Positions 24,905-37,990 of a stretch of 64,000 nt of DNA are shown one piece after another (positions within the stretch are counted from its first letter, which is position 1; each line of letters opens with the position of its first letter). The stretch comes from Convolutriloba macropyga (taxonomy: Eukaryota): NCBI RefSeq assembly GCF_964194025.1, contig NC_134468.1:34472001-34536000 (forward strand), read 5' to 3'. A model generated the notes under the pieces. It saw only the letters and a program-made list of their open reading frames with translations. It made no database searches and had not been told where the DNA came from. Position numbers and translations under genes: made by a program.

Positions 24905-25450
24905 TTAATTTACATTGGGCAAAGATAAATCAACCAGATCAGGCCTAGCATCAGGAGCACTATCAAACTCCCGAACAAGATCACATCCTGCTTGTTTATA
25001 CCACCAGTCTTTCATGTGTACTGTATCGGGTAGAAAATCTTCATCAAAAGAAAAGGTGCGAAAATGATATTTAAGTTTATTATCGGCAAGTCGGTTGTTG
25101 AGGGCTCTGATGATGTCGAAAACTGCATTTACAGATGACAAGCGATTAATTATCTGCCAAACTATCAATAGAACACCATAGTTATTGCAAAAGTTCCTGA
25201 TCTGAGTGAATTGTCCAATAACACTTCTCATTTCCTCCTTGTATTGTATTGGGTCACTAGGTTTTGCCAGAAGATTGTTACCTCCTAACATCAACATACA
25301 AATATCGTGTTTCTTGATAAGCTCCTTCTTTTGCATCCAGTAATTTACGTGTGCACCTCCTTGTGCCTCGATCGTAAAGTTATCAGGGAACTGGAAAACG
25401 TCGGCAACTCTTTTGAGGTGCGAGTCCCCAATTATTAGTACTTTTGACAT
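24905..25450 (-). CDS. SGNH/GDSL hydrolase (esterase) domain protein
   Basis: Block I VLIIGDSH, block II GG, block III LGGNN, block V DTVH. Intact 181-aa ORF. Confidence 0.9.
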   Translation of the reverse strand: MSKVLIIGDSHLKRVADVFQFPDNFTIEAQGGAHVNYWMQKKELIKKHDICMLMLGGNNLLAKPSDPIQYKEEMRSVIGQFTQIRNFCNNYGVLLIVWQIINRLSSVNAVFDIIRALNNRLADNKLKYHFRTFSFDEDFLPDTVHMKDWWYKQAGCDLVREFDSAPDARPDLVDLSLPNVN

Positions 25451-25799
25451 CGTTATCTGGAAAACAAGACTATTAACTTGAGCTCTTTTTAGCTAGCGTA
25501 CTTATGGTACACACGACTGGATCATTGCATCAAAGCATATTGCGACGACTTTCTAACTCCCTTATGCTAGATGGTTTACAAAACAAGCAACAGATATACA
25601 AAAATACCACACTTCTTTTGACGATTTTTTCTCCTAACCTACCTAATTTATAGCCCTTAGGCGCCACCTCGACCCGTGTGGCTGGGACCTTGTTAAGACC
25701 TAAAAAAATAACATTATTGAGCCTATTCGTGCAGTCAAAGTTGTTAATTTCAACATTTCACATATAGAAACGTGAAACGTACCAGTCACTAACAGGTAA

Positions 25800-27530
25800 A
25801 AATGACCGTATGTGTCTTGGCCAATTTCTCAAAAACGGCTGAAAGAAACAAAACGCTATTTACAGGGATTCAAGTACGGCTCAAGCTGAGTTCAAATCAA
25901 AATACAGATCAAAAATTGGTTCAATCTACGAGGAGATATTCCAACATCAAGGTACCGTACCAAATGACCAAAATGACCCATTTCGGGTCCTGTTTCTGTA
26001 CTATAACATATAACCACTCATTATGACCACCTGTAAAATATATATGGGGAGACTCCCCACTAACGGGGGAATATAACACACTAAATTTCACCGTGGATTG
26101 AACCCACAACAAGGTTTAATATCGTACTCAAGGTGTTGTTTCGCTCCACAGGAGGTCGAATTGGGGTCAACTTTCCTGGCCAATTTCTCAAAAACGGCTG
26201 AACAAAAACAAACGCCCTTAATACTGTTTGTAGCACTGCTTGAGATACGCATCATATTAAAAAATGAGCCCAATCGGTGCACTTTTCAACGAGTTATAGC
26301 AAAAAGAAGGTACCGTACCAAATTATCATGGAGGAGAGATACACCACCTCCAGAGCTAAAATTTGACATGACAATGTGTCAAAAAAATTACAAATAATAG
26401 CTAGAAAGCTTTGCCATAATATAGGGAAGCTAAAGCACCAATAAACAAGCTTTAAATCGATTTCTGACAGATCTTCAAGGTGGTGCCGGATGGTGCCCGA
26501 AATGTACCGGACACGAATTGGTAAAAATGGGGGTATGTGTCCTGGCCAATTTCTCAAAAACGGCTGAACGCAAACAAACGCCCTTAATACCAACTGTAGT
26601 ACTGCTTGGGATACGCATTATATTAAAAAATGAGCCCAATCGGTGCACTCTTCAAGGAGTTATAGCAAAAATAAGGTACCGTACCAAATGATCAAAGAGT
26701 ACAAGTACGGGTCACGTATCCCTAAAATTGACCATCCGAACTAAGGAAAACTACATACAAAATATATATGGGGAGACTCCCCACTAACTGGGGATTCTAA
26801 AACACTAACATTTGTAACATAGTTCAAAGATTCAAGGTGTCAATGGTGTCAACCGGATGGTGTCAACCGCTTCTGGTGCTAAAACCGAGGTCAAGTTTAC
26901 TGGCCAATTTCTCAAAAACGGCTGAACAAAAAAAAACGCCCTTAGTAGAGTTTGTAGCGCGGCTTGAGATACGCATCATATTAAAAAATGAGCCCAATCG
27001 GTGCAGTCTGTAAGAAGTTATAGCAAAAATAAGGTACCCTACCAAATGACGAAAAAGCGAGATGACCTGAATTCAGAGCTAAAATTGAACATTTAAACCT
27101 GAGAAAACGCTATATAAAGTATACATATTCGGAATCTACATTACACGGGCTATTCAGAACACTATATTTGTAACCTGAAGTAACAAAATTCAAAGCTTCA
27201 AAACTGGTTCCGGATGGTGTCATCCGCTTCTGGGGCTAAAACGGAGGGCAAGTTTACTGGCCAATTTCTCAAAAACGGCTGAACGAAACGGAACGAGACC
27301 TATATCAAAACAAAGCTTAGCTCAAGCTGGGTCTAACAAAAAAAATCATCAAAATCGGTTCACTCTACAACGAGTTATTCCAAAGTAAAGGTACCCTACC
27401 AAATGACCCAAAAAGCGAGGTGACCTGATTTCAGAGCCAAATTTGACTATCATAATTCCGTAAAACGCTACGGAAAATATATATGGGGATACTCCCCACT
27501 AACTGAAGATTCTAAAACACTAACATTTAT
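25800..27530. repeat. Diverged tandem array, ~360-bp unit, 5 copies
   Basis: Invariant GGCCAATTTCTCAAAAACGGCTGAA at 25819, 26178, 26544, 26902 and 27259; AAGGTACC[G/C]TACCAAAT in each unit. Confidence 0.92.
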
Positions 27531-28329
27531 TTCGCAAATCAGCTGTTTTGTTGTACCGAAAATTGGGTCATCCAGAACAGCCCAAAAATTCGACTTTTTT
27601 CAACTTTAAGCATTAATAACTTTCTGATAAGACCGATTTGAGAAACCAACCAAATACTGCAAGCAAGCGGGGTTCAGTGCCAACAAAATGCGACCACTCC
27701 CGTTTAATTTGGTCCAGTACTTTAGCAGATATTAACAAAATACTGTTCTGTACCCCATTTTTTGGGCTAAAATCGAAGCCCAAGATCTCCGGAACCGACG
27801 TAAAACAACGTGAAACAGCGTTCCCGGCGTATTTGTGGGTGTAATTCTGGTCCACTTCTACGTTCTAGGTCACGGCAAACCTTCATTGTGAGGTGGGAAA
27901 AAATTTTCCACCTCACCATGAAGCTTATGATGTTTTGTGTGTTTTGACATAAAACAACATCCACAGAAATTTGATGAAATCGTGAAAAAAGAAAAATTGT
28001 TGAATTAACCCCATTATTTGATACAATTAGCTTCAGCAACTTAAACAATGTCTAGAAAACACAAAACGCACGCCGAAAAACTTGTTCAATAGCGCAAAAC
28101 ACCACTCAGCCATAAAATTTGAGAAAAGAGTTTGTTTTTCAGCTTTCATCATTGAATAACTGTTCTAAAGAATTTTTCAAGAATGTGACTAGCCATTCCA
28201 TAGAAGAACGTCTTAACAGCAAAAGATAATGCCAATGATCACTCGTTTTGGTCAAAAACTAATTGAGAAAATCGGAAAAGTACAAAAGATTAAGTTCCTT
28301 TCTCAATGTGATAAAACAAGATCTTTCCT

Positions 28330-28830
28330 CCAACTTTTTGATTAAGACGACGTGAGAAACCTATAAACACTGCAAACAGAAGATTTTAAGATAAACCCAA
28401 ATGCAACAATGCCCGTCCAATTTGGTACAGTAGTTTTAGAGAAATTGTCAAACATAAAAGAACTCGTATTTAAAATAAAAATTTTTTTTTTAAATTTTTT
28501 AAGAATTACAGCTTAATAACCTTCTGAGCAGGCCAATTTAGACACAAATTCAAGACTGCAGACATTTAAACTTACAATCAACAAAATGGGACTATGGTTG
28601 GCCACTTTGGCATAGTAGTTCAGGAAAAATCGTCAGAAACAATAGGCGTGCCCTCAAATCATTAAATTTTATTTCAATTTTTTCAAAGTTAAACACTAAT
28701 AACTTTTTGATTAGGGCGACTTCAGGAACCAATGAACACTGCAAGCAATGAAAGTTTAGGGTAAGCAAAACGCAACAATGCCTGTACAATTTGGTACAGT
28801 AGTTTCGAAGAAATCATAAAACACATGAAG
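28330..28830. repeat. Decayed ~185-bp tandem repeat (3 copies; related copy at ~27612)
   Basis: AAC[T/C]TT[T/C]TGA..ACTGCA..CAACAA..TTTGG anchors at ~28332, 28518 and 28701. Confidence 0.7.
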
Positions 28831-29534
28831 CGTACCCCGAATTGATAATTGATTTTTTTTTCAAATTTGGACATTAATTTTTCTGTAAAGATCTTCACAT
28901 GTGTTTTTAACAGTTAATTAGATGAATGGTTAGGCGAGTTGCACACCCCAGCGTGTAAATTTAATTGGATGGCCACTTTTAAAATCAACAGAAGGATAGA
29001 AACTATTTGCAAGGAAAAAAATTTACATAAAATTTCCGAATTTCATAATGAGAATAATTGATGAAAATCCAAAGTAAGGAAACGAAACATTTTTTTTTGC
29101 TTTTTGAAATTGAATAAAGTTTTTTCCTCAGCCTAAGAGACAAAAATCCGTTTTTCCTATTTTTTTCTTAAACTAGTGTACTTAGATCGTTTTACTTGGA
29201 GATCATGACGACCACTTTGAATCCGTAGTAGAGAAAAAATTATTACAGAATTAAAAAAAGATCTACTTTTTTCAATTGTTGGGGAACCGTTCTCGTACAA
29301 AATCATTTGAAATAGATTCCGAAAAAACCCTCAGATGTATTCCTGAATGTTTACTGGATGTGATTTGAGGAGAGGCAGTTAACAATGTTTTTAATTTAAA
29401 TTAGGGTACTTTTCTTACATCGACACAACTGTCAGACCACTTGAAGTCAAACGTAAAAAAAAACAAATAAGAAGTTCCAAAGCTCTTCGTGGTAAAAATT
29501 GATCAAACAGCCCATTTTTGAACTAAAATCCAAA

Positions 29535-32030
29535 TTGTAGATTGGGGTACCACCCCCGTTGATGGTTGTTTATTTGCGCGAGACGCTCTGAGTTGATTAA
29601 AAACAAAAACTTGCCTGATATATATTTTTTTGCAATTGTGAAGTCGAACGAAATTGATATCAGCTGAAAACACAAATTGTGCTTCAAAGAAATCTTGCTC
29701 CTCAAGACATTTTTTTAGCAATAGCAATTGGTCATTTCAAGAAGTAATTAGCTACATTAACCAATATTTTGGGTGTCCGATTTACCCCAAAAAATTTTTT
29801 TGGGTGGAAACTTATTCTATATTCTATCGAGTTTTCATTTTCCCATAATTTTTTGTGCTATGGGCTTGTTGTACACTCCTGAAAATGAACCCGAGTGTAG
29901 GATCGCAAGTAAAGCGTTTTTGATAGTGACAAAATATAAGTAATCTTATATGGATGAATTTTGTAAGCAAAATTATTGAGATGGGATGGTTCAATTCTCG
30001 ATGAGGTACAATTTTGCTTGATAACAGCTGCAAAACAAAAATGTGCGTCAAAGAAATTTGGTTCCTCGAAACAACTCATTGGCAATATCAATTGGTCATT
30101 TCAAAAAAGAAGTAGCTACATTAACCAATATTTTGGGTGCCTGATTTACCCCAAAAATTTTTTTGGGTGGAAACTTACTCTATATTCTATCGAGTTTTCA
30201 TTTTCCCATAATTTTTTTGTGCTATGGGAGAGTTGTACACTCCTGAAGATGAACCCGAGTGGAGGATCGCAAGTAAAGCGTTTTTGATAGTGACAAAAAA
30301 TAAAAAATCTTATATGGATGAATTTTGTAAGCAAAATTATTGAGATGGGGTGGTTCAATTCTCGATGAGGTACAATTTTGCTTGATAACAGCTGCAAAAC
30401 AAAAATGTGCATCGAACAATTTAAGTTCCTCGAAACAACTCATTGGCAATATCAATTGGTCATTTCAAAAAAGAAGTAGCTACATTAACCAATATTTTGG
30501 GTGTCGGATTTACCCAAAAAAAATTTTTTGGGTGGAAACTTATTCTATATTCTATCGAGTTTTCATTTTCCCATAATTTTTTTGTGATATGGGCTAGTTG
30601 TACACTACTGATGATGAACCCGAGTGGAGGATCGCAAGTAAAGCGTTTTTGATAGTGACAAAAAATAAATAATCTTATATGGATGAATTTTGTAAGCAAA
30701 GTTATTGAGATGGGGTGGTTCAATTCTCGATGAGGTACAATTTTGCTTGATAACAGCTGCAAAACAGAAATGTGCATCGAAGAATTTAAGTTTCTCGAAA
30801 CAACTCATTGGCAATATCAATTGGTCATTTCAAAAAGGAATTAGCTACATTAACCAAAATTTTGGGTGTCCGATATACATCAAAAATTCTTATTGGGAGG
30901 TAACTTATTCTATATTATATCAAGTTTTCATTGTCCCATAATTTTTTTGTGATATGGGCTAGTTTTACACTCCTGGAGATGAACCTGAGTGGAAGATCAC
31001 AACTAAAGTATTTTTGATATTGACAAAAAATAAATAATCTTATATGGATGAATTTTGTAAGCAAAATTATTGAGATGGGGTGGTTCAATTCTCGATGAGG
31101 TACAATTTTGCTTGATAACAGCTGCAAAACAGAAATGTGCATCGAAGAATTTAAGTTCCTCGAAACAACTCATTGGCAATATCAATTGGTCATTTCAAAA
31201 AGGAATTAGCTACATTATCCAAAATTTTGGGTGTCCGATATACATCAAAAATTCTTATTGGGAGGTAACTTATTCTATATTCTATCGAGTTTTCATTTTC
31301 CCATAATTTTTTGTGATATGGGCTAGTTGTACACTACTGAAGATGAACCCGAGTGGATGATCGCAAGTAAAGCGTTTTTGATAGTGACAAAAAATAAATA
31401 ATCTTATATGGATGAATTTTGTAAGCAAAATTATTGAGATGGGGTGGTTCAATTCTCGATGAGGTACAATTTTGCGTGATAACAGCTGCAAAACAAAAAT
31501 GTGCATCGAAGAATTTAAATTCCTCGAAACAACTCATTGGCAATATCAATTGGTCATTTCAAAAAGGAATTAGCTACATTAAACTAAAATTTTGGGTGTC
31601 CGATATACATCAAAAATTCTTATTGGGAGGTAACTTATTCTATATTATATCAAGTTTTCATTGTCGCATAATTTTTTCTAGGCTATGGGCTAATTGTACA
31701 CTCCTGGAGATGAACCTGAGTGGAAGATCACAACTAAAGCATTTTTGATATTGACAAAAAATAAATAATCTTATATGGATGAGTTTTGTAAGCAAAATTA
31801 TTGAGATGGGGTGGTTCAATTCTCGATGAGGTAAAACTTTGTTTGATATCAGCTGAAAAACACAAACTGCGCTTCAAAAAGTTTGGTTTCTCGAAACAAC
31901 TCGTTGGCAATATCAATTGGTCATTTCAAAAAGGAATTAGCTACATTAACCAAAATTTTGGGTGTCCGATTTACCCCAAAATTTTTTTGGAAAAACACTG
32001 GAACCATGTTCTATCGAATTTTCTTTGTCC
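29535..32030. repeat. Tandem array, ~365-bp unit, ~7 copies
   Basis: GATC[G/A]CAA anchor at 29901, 30265, 30630, 30995, 31359 and 31726. The repeated pseudo-ORFs in the track mirror this period. Confidence 0.96.
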
Positions 32031-32139
32031 CATACTTTTTTGCTATACGCTGGTCTGTTTTGCGCCAAAAATTTGAATGGCAAGATGACATTTCTTCGTA
32101 AGGAAGAAATTAGTTCTTTTACGGAAAAAATTGAACCAA

Positions 32140-32549
32140 AACTTTTCTATGAAGTTCTATGACTACAACTTTTTCATTGTTGATTGTAATTTGCAGTCTC
32201 ATTTGATGCAATGGGTTTTCATTGAATAATTAAGGGCGGGCAAGGAGTTTTTTAACTTGCAAAAGTGTTTTTCACTTTTCTCCAAAATTTTTTCTTTTTC
32301 TATGAAGTTCTATGACTACAACTTTTTCATAATTCTCTGTTCGCTTAAGACTCAATTTTTCAATTTTTTTTCAAGTTAGTTTTTTGAAACATACTATTTC
32401 CCTCCTTTTCATGATGTAAAAAAAATTTTCATAAAAATTCAATTCCATAGAACTCCTTTTTATGAAAGTTCTATGACTACAACTTTTCATAGACGCCATA
32501 ATATGAAGTTGTAATATTATAACTTTTTGAATTATGGGGTCAACCCGGG
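32140..32549. repeat. Right subterminal repeats plus TIR
   Basis: AAGTTCTATGACTACAACTTTT three times (~32152, 32305, 32466), the same motif as the left end, then GTCAACCCGGG. Confidence 0.88.
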
Positions 32550-35500
32550 TAAGTAGCGTTCAAATTGTATCGCTCTAGTTTGTAGGAGTGGTTTAAGAGA
32601 GGCACAGGTTGTTTTCCATTCGATCCCCCCCCCCCCACCCCACCACAGTTCGTTATGCATTCCCCCCTTAATATGAACCCACTAAGCTGGGGGGGGGGGG
32701 GGGGGCACAAACTGAAAATGAGGTACAATGAAAATCATTTTCATCCCCGACGTTTGAAGAAAGTCATATCTATTCTGTCCCCCTAAAATAATTAAAACTA
32801 TAATCGGATGTAAATAATGATATCTTTCTGAACAATTTGAAGACCTTCAAAAAATTTCCCCTTCTAATTACTTTTTGTGACCTTTTTTATGTCATTACAT
32901 ATTTTATTCTTAAGATAACCTTAAGATTGGCAAAAAGAAATAATCAGCAAACATTTAAATTTTAGATCAACATAAACCAAGATTATTAGATAATGGAGAC
33001 CACGCAGATTTAATTAAAAAGAAATTTTATTCTAGAAGCTAAGCTACTATAAATCGGAATGGCTTGTATCTTCAGGAAGAGCTAAAGTTAGCTCTTCTCA
33101 TCATGTGAAAAAATGCGCTGCTAGGCATTTCTAGTTCTAGCCCTAGAACTTAGTTTGTCACTGCTAATGATAAGAAACCAAAGTTACAGCTCCGCGCCTA
33201 CAAAAATGCGCTTTCCAGGTCGAATTGCTTCATTTTAAATGAAGGAAAACAAATTTGCCGATCAGGTGAAATTTGCAAAAGAAATGCCCAGGACAAAATG
33301 AGTAAACTAAATTAGGCTAACAAATTATAATTTAGCGTCTGATGAAAAAGAAAAGAACGATAGGGGAAGGGGGAGAAATATGGAGAAGAGAAAAGAGAGT
33401 ACAAAGAAATAGAAAAGTTGTATCATAATCAGCTATAGCATCATCAATGGTTCTGGTGTTGTAGTATGTTGTCTTCATGTGTTATTATTGCTCTAGCAAG
33501 CTCCTCTCTTCTTCTGAGCACCAGTGCGTGGTGATTTGTTAGCTCAGCTCAAAGAAAGCCCCCTTTTACATTCGTGTGATGTTGCTCTTTTGAAGTAACA
33601 ACAAAACATACAATAAAAAGAGAGAAAGATAAAGAGAGACAGAGCAAAGAGCAAAAAAGATGAGAGGCACAACACAAAATACAAAACAAATCCAACCAAA
33701 ATTTAGAATGACAATCGCTCATAAGTCCTAACCTCATTGCGAAATTGCACCCCCGTTTCTTTCAATTTTGGCAAAATTAAACAAGATAACGACACTTTTT
33801 GTCTGACGTGTCAGTCGGAATTAGTACTTTTTTGTTGTTTATTACAACTCGGTTGTTTGTTTGTTTGGTGTTTGTGTGTATGTAGTGATGATGGTGGTAG
33901 TGGTGGTGTTAGTGGTGGTAGCACTTTTGGATTGTAATTTATGATTTGTGTAATTCATCCACGCGACTGAAGAAAGCAAAGCAATTTGAGCAGTCTTTGT
34001 TTTCTTTTGTTGTTTTTCGCGTGTCTTTTATCTCTTTTTGATGTTTCTTCATCACACAGTTCTGTTATTATTACTTCACTCACTTTTCTTGCTCTCTCTG
34101 CTTGGCATCTGTGTGGTTTGTTATTATTATCATTATTATTAGCCCGTTCTCACTCTCGCGCTCAACTTACTTTTTATTCAATTATAAATCATCAATATCG
34201 CTTTTGTAATTTATAATATGCTCTTAACTGGCTCCGAATTGGAGCTCAAAAATCACAAAAAGTAAGTCACACTTTCTTTACATTCTCTTAGTTGAAAAAA
34301 TTGAAACAAACGTAAGAATAGAAAAAGAGTGAAAAACTAGATTACTATTCTTTTTAAAAGTATACTTTTTCAGCCTTTTTGGTGAACAATTTAAAAGAGA
34401 GAAATAAATTTGTGAACAATTTTGTAGTTTCCTTTTTGATGTAAGTGAGTATAGTTCAGTATGTTTGTTCTTCTTTGATTGTGTGAACAGGGAAATTTGG
34501 TTATTTATTTTTGTACCAGTTGTCCTCCTTTCAACTGATATATGCACATCAAACAATAACATGTATTCTTCCATCATCATATCGCTTTTATCTCATCAAT
34601 CATTATTCAATCAAACAATCACTCAACATATATTACGTACAAAAAGCACATCTAACCGGCATATGCCATATTTTGGCTACCTCCTTTATAGTTTATATAC
34701 AACTGTTCTAGTTCCAATTTTTTTCAACTGTCCATTCTTTTTAGAACAGTTGAGAGCAAGCAACAAAAATCGCTCAATCGAATCATTTCCTGACAGATCC
34801 CTACTGTGATAAAGTTGTGACAGAACATTTTATAGTCTTACTCAAATTGCTGCCAAATAACAGTGAACAGAAAACAAATAAGTTTATTAAAGCAAAATTT
34901 TCAGTCATAGAAAATCAACAAACAAGAAGTTTATTCGCGTGAGTACCTTTCCAAATTTTTAATTTTACAATTGCAGAGTGATTTGTTCCGATATCCCGCC
35001 CTTAACAGAGCTATAATCCTGTTTTTTCAATACTTTGATTTTTCAGGTGAATTGAAACTTGCACACCTGTATAAGACATGCATGATCTTGACATCTCTTG
35101 CAAAATTTGAAACATCTGGCCAATAACTTGGAACACCAACATTTCTTGGTAAATCGTGAAAAGATCACGGTAAGATCTAATAAAGGTAAACCAAGAATAT
35201 TTCTTGACAGCTCTTGAAAACATCTCATTAGATCTTGATAGCAATTTTTTATCTGTGCCCTCTATATCTAGTCACCCTAAAGAGCTGTCAAGATTCAACT
35301 TTATGATCTAAAATTAGAAAAGGATGTATAAGAGGATCAATTTTCATCCAGTTGCAAATTTTAACACTCCTGGCCCTGTAATTATGTTAATTGACATAGA
35401 AAGAACAAAAACAGATGACAACTAATGACAAAAAAACTGACAAAATTGCTGTTCGTTTGCTGAGAATCCATATAAATTTTTTTAAGTCTGTCTCATGTTC

Positions 35501-37839
35501 TGTTTTTAATTAAAACAATTAGGCATGCACTTTGCATTGTGATCTAAAATGACTTTGTGTCGTCTGCTCTTTGGCCTGTTAATTCATGTTATCAAGTAAA
35601 ACTTTGACGTATCTGAGGCGTATGAAGCACTGAGGCGTATCTTACAACAGAATTTTTAACGACAGTCTTCTTATGATTCTGCGAAAATTAAAATTTTTTC
35701 CTTGAGTAAAATTTTTTTACAGTAGGTTTTTTTCCATCTGTCTAAAATTATTTTAACTCTGGAATTTTTGACTTTTTCCTTGGCTTTGTGAGAGCAAACA
35801 AAACATCCTCTCAAAAGAAAAAAGTGAGAGTAAATAGGATTACTCAAATTTTTCCAACTGAAACATCTAAACATCGGCTAATTGACATCGATATCGAAAA
35901 TAGTGCTATAAAAAGATATCAAGTTTCGATTCACTTGGTTAAAAATAGGGAACATTTGTATTCTTCTCAGGTAGTTTGAGGAGCAACAATAAGCATTAAT
36001 TTCAATCTTGATAAAATATTTACAATATCTCTCGATCTTTTTTATTTTTTCTTCAATGATTTAGAAGTTTTTAGCAGTTTTTACCAAAATCTACCAGAGG
36101 TATGGTTATCGGTTTTTCATAGTCGATCTTAAAAAAGCCAAACGAATGTTTACCAGTTTTAATGAAGAAGTTTGAACTAGCTATCGGATTTTTTCTTGGC
36201 ATACAATATGCAGTGGATTATTTAGAAAACTTTTTAAATTATTGCGTTCTGTGTTATACCCAGGTACCAAATTATCACTGGTTGACACTGGAGTTTATTT
36301 TTGCACATTTAATCTCGATTTTTGTTTTGAAATTTGTCCCATATCCAACTTCAATTATCTTTTGTTCTATAAGTGCAATTTTTTCTCTTCATCGTATGGA
36401 ATTGTATGCTTTTCAAAAATAGAACTCTTATTTTAGTACAAATTTGATCCTCATGTTGTAGAAAAATGTTTGGTCTCTAACGCAAACAATATCAATAGCC
36501 ACAAAAAATTTTAGAAATCTTTAAAGAAAAAGTTGAATAGTGATCCCATTCATGAATATCAAATTCTTGAAGTTTTGGTATCGATTTCTCCTATATACTT
36601 TTCATTTCATTAACAATGTCACCGAAATTGTCTTTAGAAAGGAATCAAAGCTAAAGGACGGAAAAACTGTCAACGGAAAAGCCTACCGCTAAAATGTTCT
36701 AATTTTTTACTTTCATTGCTTCCGAAGCTGCATTTGTTAGAGAAAAAACGAAAACATTCAACTTAAAAATGAAAACTAAATCAAATCACTCGACAAAAAA
36801 ATGATTAGAAAACTTGTTAAAATTTTCTCAAAAAATTAATAGCAATTTTCAATCCAAATAGAATTTTTTGATCCCCTGAATATTGAATCAGTTTTTGTCA
36901 TTAATGTTGCCATTATGTTGCCAAAATTGCATAGCAGTAAGTGTTTGAATTGAGAAAGACCTATACAAAAATTGACCAGACTTAAACAAATACCACTTTG
37001 TCAAAAAAACAAAAAAAGTGCGGACTCGCACTTGAACAAACCTGACAACACTGGGCTCCAAATCATTGAGAACTATCTTTTTTCATCTTGGTTTTATTTA
37101 AGGCTTCCATACATTCAGTACTTATTATATTACGCAAGAATCTTAGAAATTGGACAGTAACTTAATGTTAGCCCCGGCAAAAAAAGTATCTGAGAGCATC
37201 CCTCCCAATTAGTTATGTTTCTAAATACTTTTCAAAAAGTTTATTTTGAAAACTGTTCGATATCTTGAACGTGTTTCTTTCTAGTTTTGCTCCTGATGCT
37301 TTAAGCTAACAGCAGAAAATTTGATGGCTTAGAAATGCATAATAATGAAAAATTGTAACTCATTTAGCGTATGCAGCAAAAGCGGAAAAACTAACTCCTT
37401 GATGTTTGCGCACAGTAGTTAACTCTTGCTTTTAAAGATTACAAGAGAAATGGTTCAATGAATAGAAAAAACCGCGTGTCTCCAACTTTCGTCTGGCCAT
37501 ATATCTTTTCAGAACTGTTCAGAGAAACTTACAGCGGCATAGCTGCATCAAAGCAATATAAAGCTGCTTTTGAAAAGCAAAGGAGCGACATAACATTCCA
37601 TCAACTATTCTGAAATGTCTGTCTAAGAACTATCTGCTGTCTCCCTTTTACTAAACTGCCATTAAACAATCAAACAACAAACACTGTATAAATAAAAATT
37701 GAGCTGAAATAGATTCATTTAGATAACATGATCCGCTCGTTGGTTAAAGATAGCATTCTGATCGGCTCAAAGGTTTCTGTTAATGACAATTGAAAGACTG
37801 GACTATCTTTGTTAGAAGAAAGATGCCAAGATGTTATTA

Positions 37840-37990
37840 ATGTGTGCTGTGTGTGTGTGCTTGTATGGGTGTGTGTGCACGTGTGCATAAGTGAATGTGT
37901 GAGAGTGGTGTTTGCATGTGTGTGTGTGTGTGTGGACTTCTTAAGCTTAAGATGATTCCAGATAGTCTCTTTCGGTCTCCGTGTGTGTGT
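37840..37990. repeat. Imperfect (TG)n microsatellite tract
   Basis: Runs of tgtgtg. Confidence 0.85.

Larger units (their letters stand above)
11620..32549 (-). mobile_element. Complete 20.9-kb CMC/EnSpm (CACTA-like) DNA transposon with six cargo/core genes
   Basis: Perfect 11-bp TIR CCCGGGTTGAC (11620-11630) / GTCAACCCGGG (32539-32549). TA on both flanks (11618-19, 32550-51). Subterminal motifs are shared by both ends, and an EnSpm-type transposase lies inside. Confidence 0.92.

Noticed and set aside
29503-32162. Repeated short ORFs on both strands in the 365-bp array
   Set aside because: Artefacts of tandem repetition, with no domain motifs.
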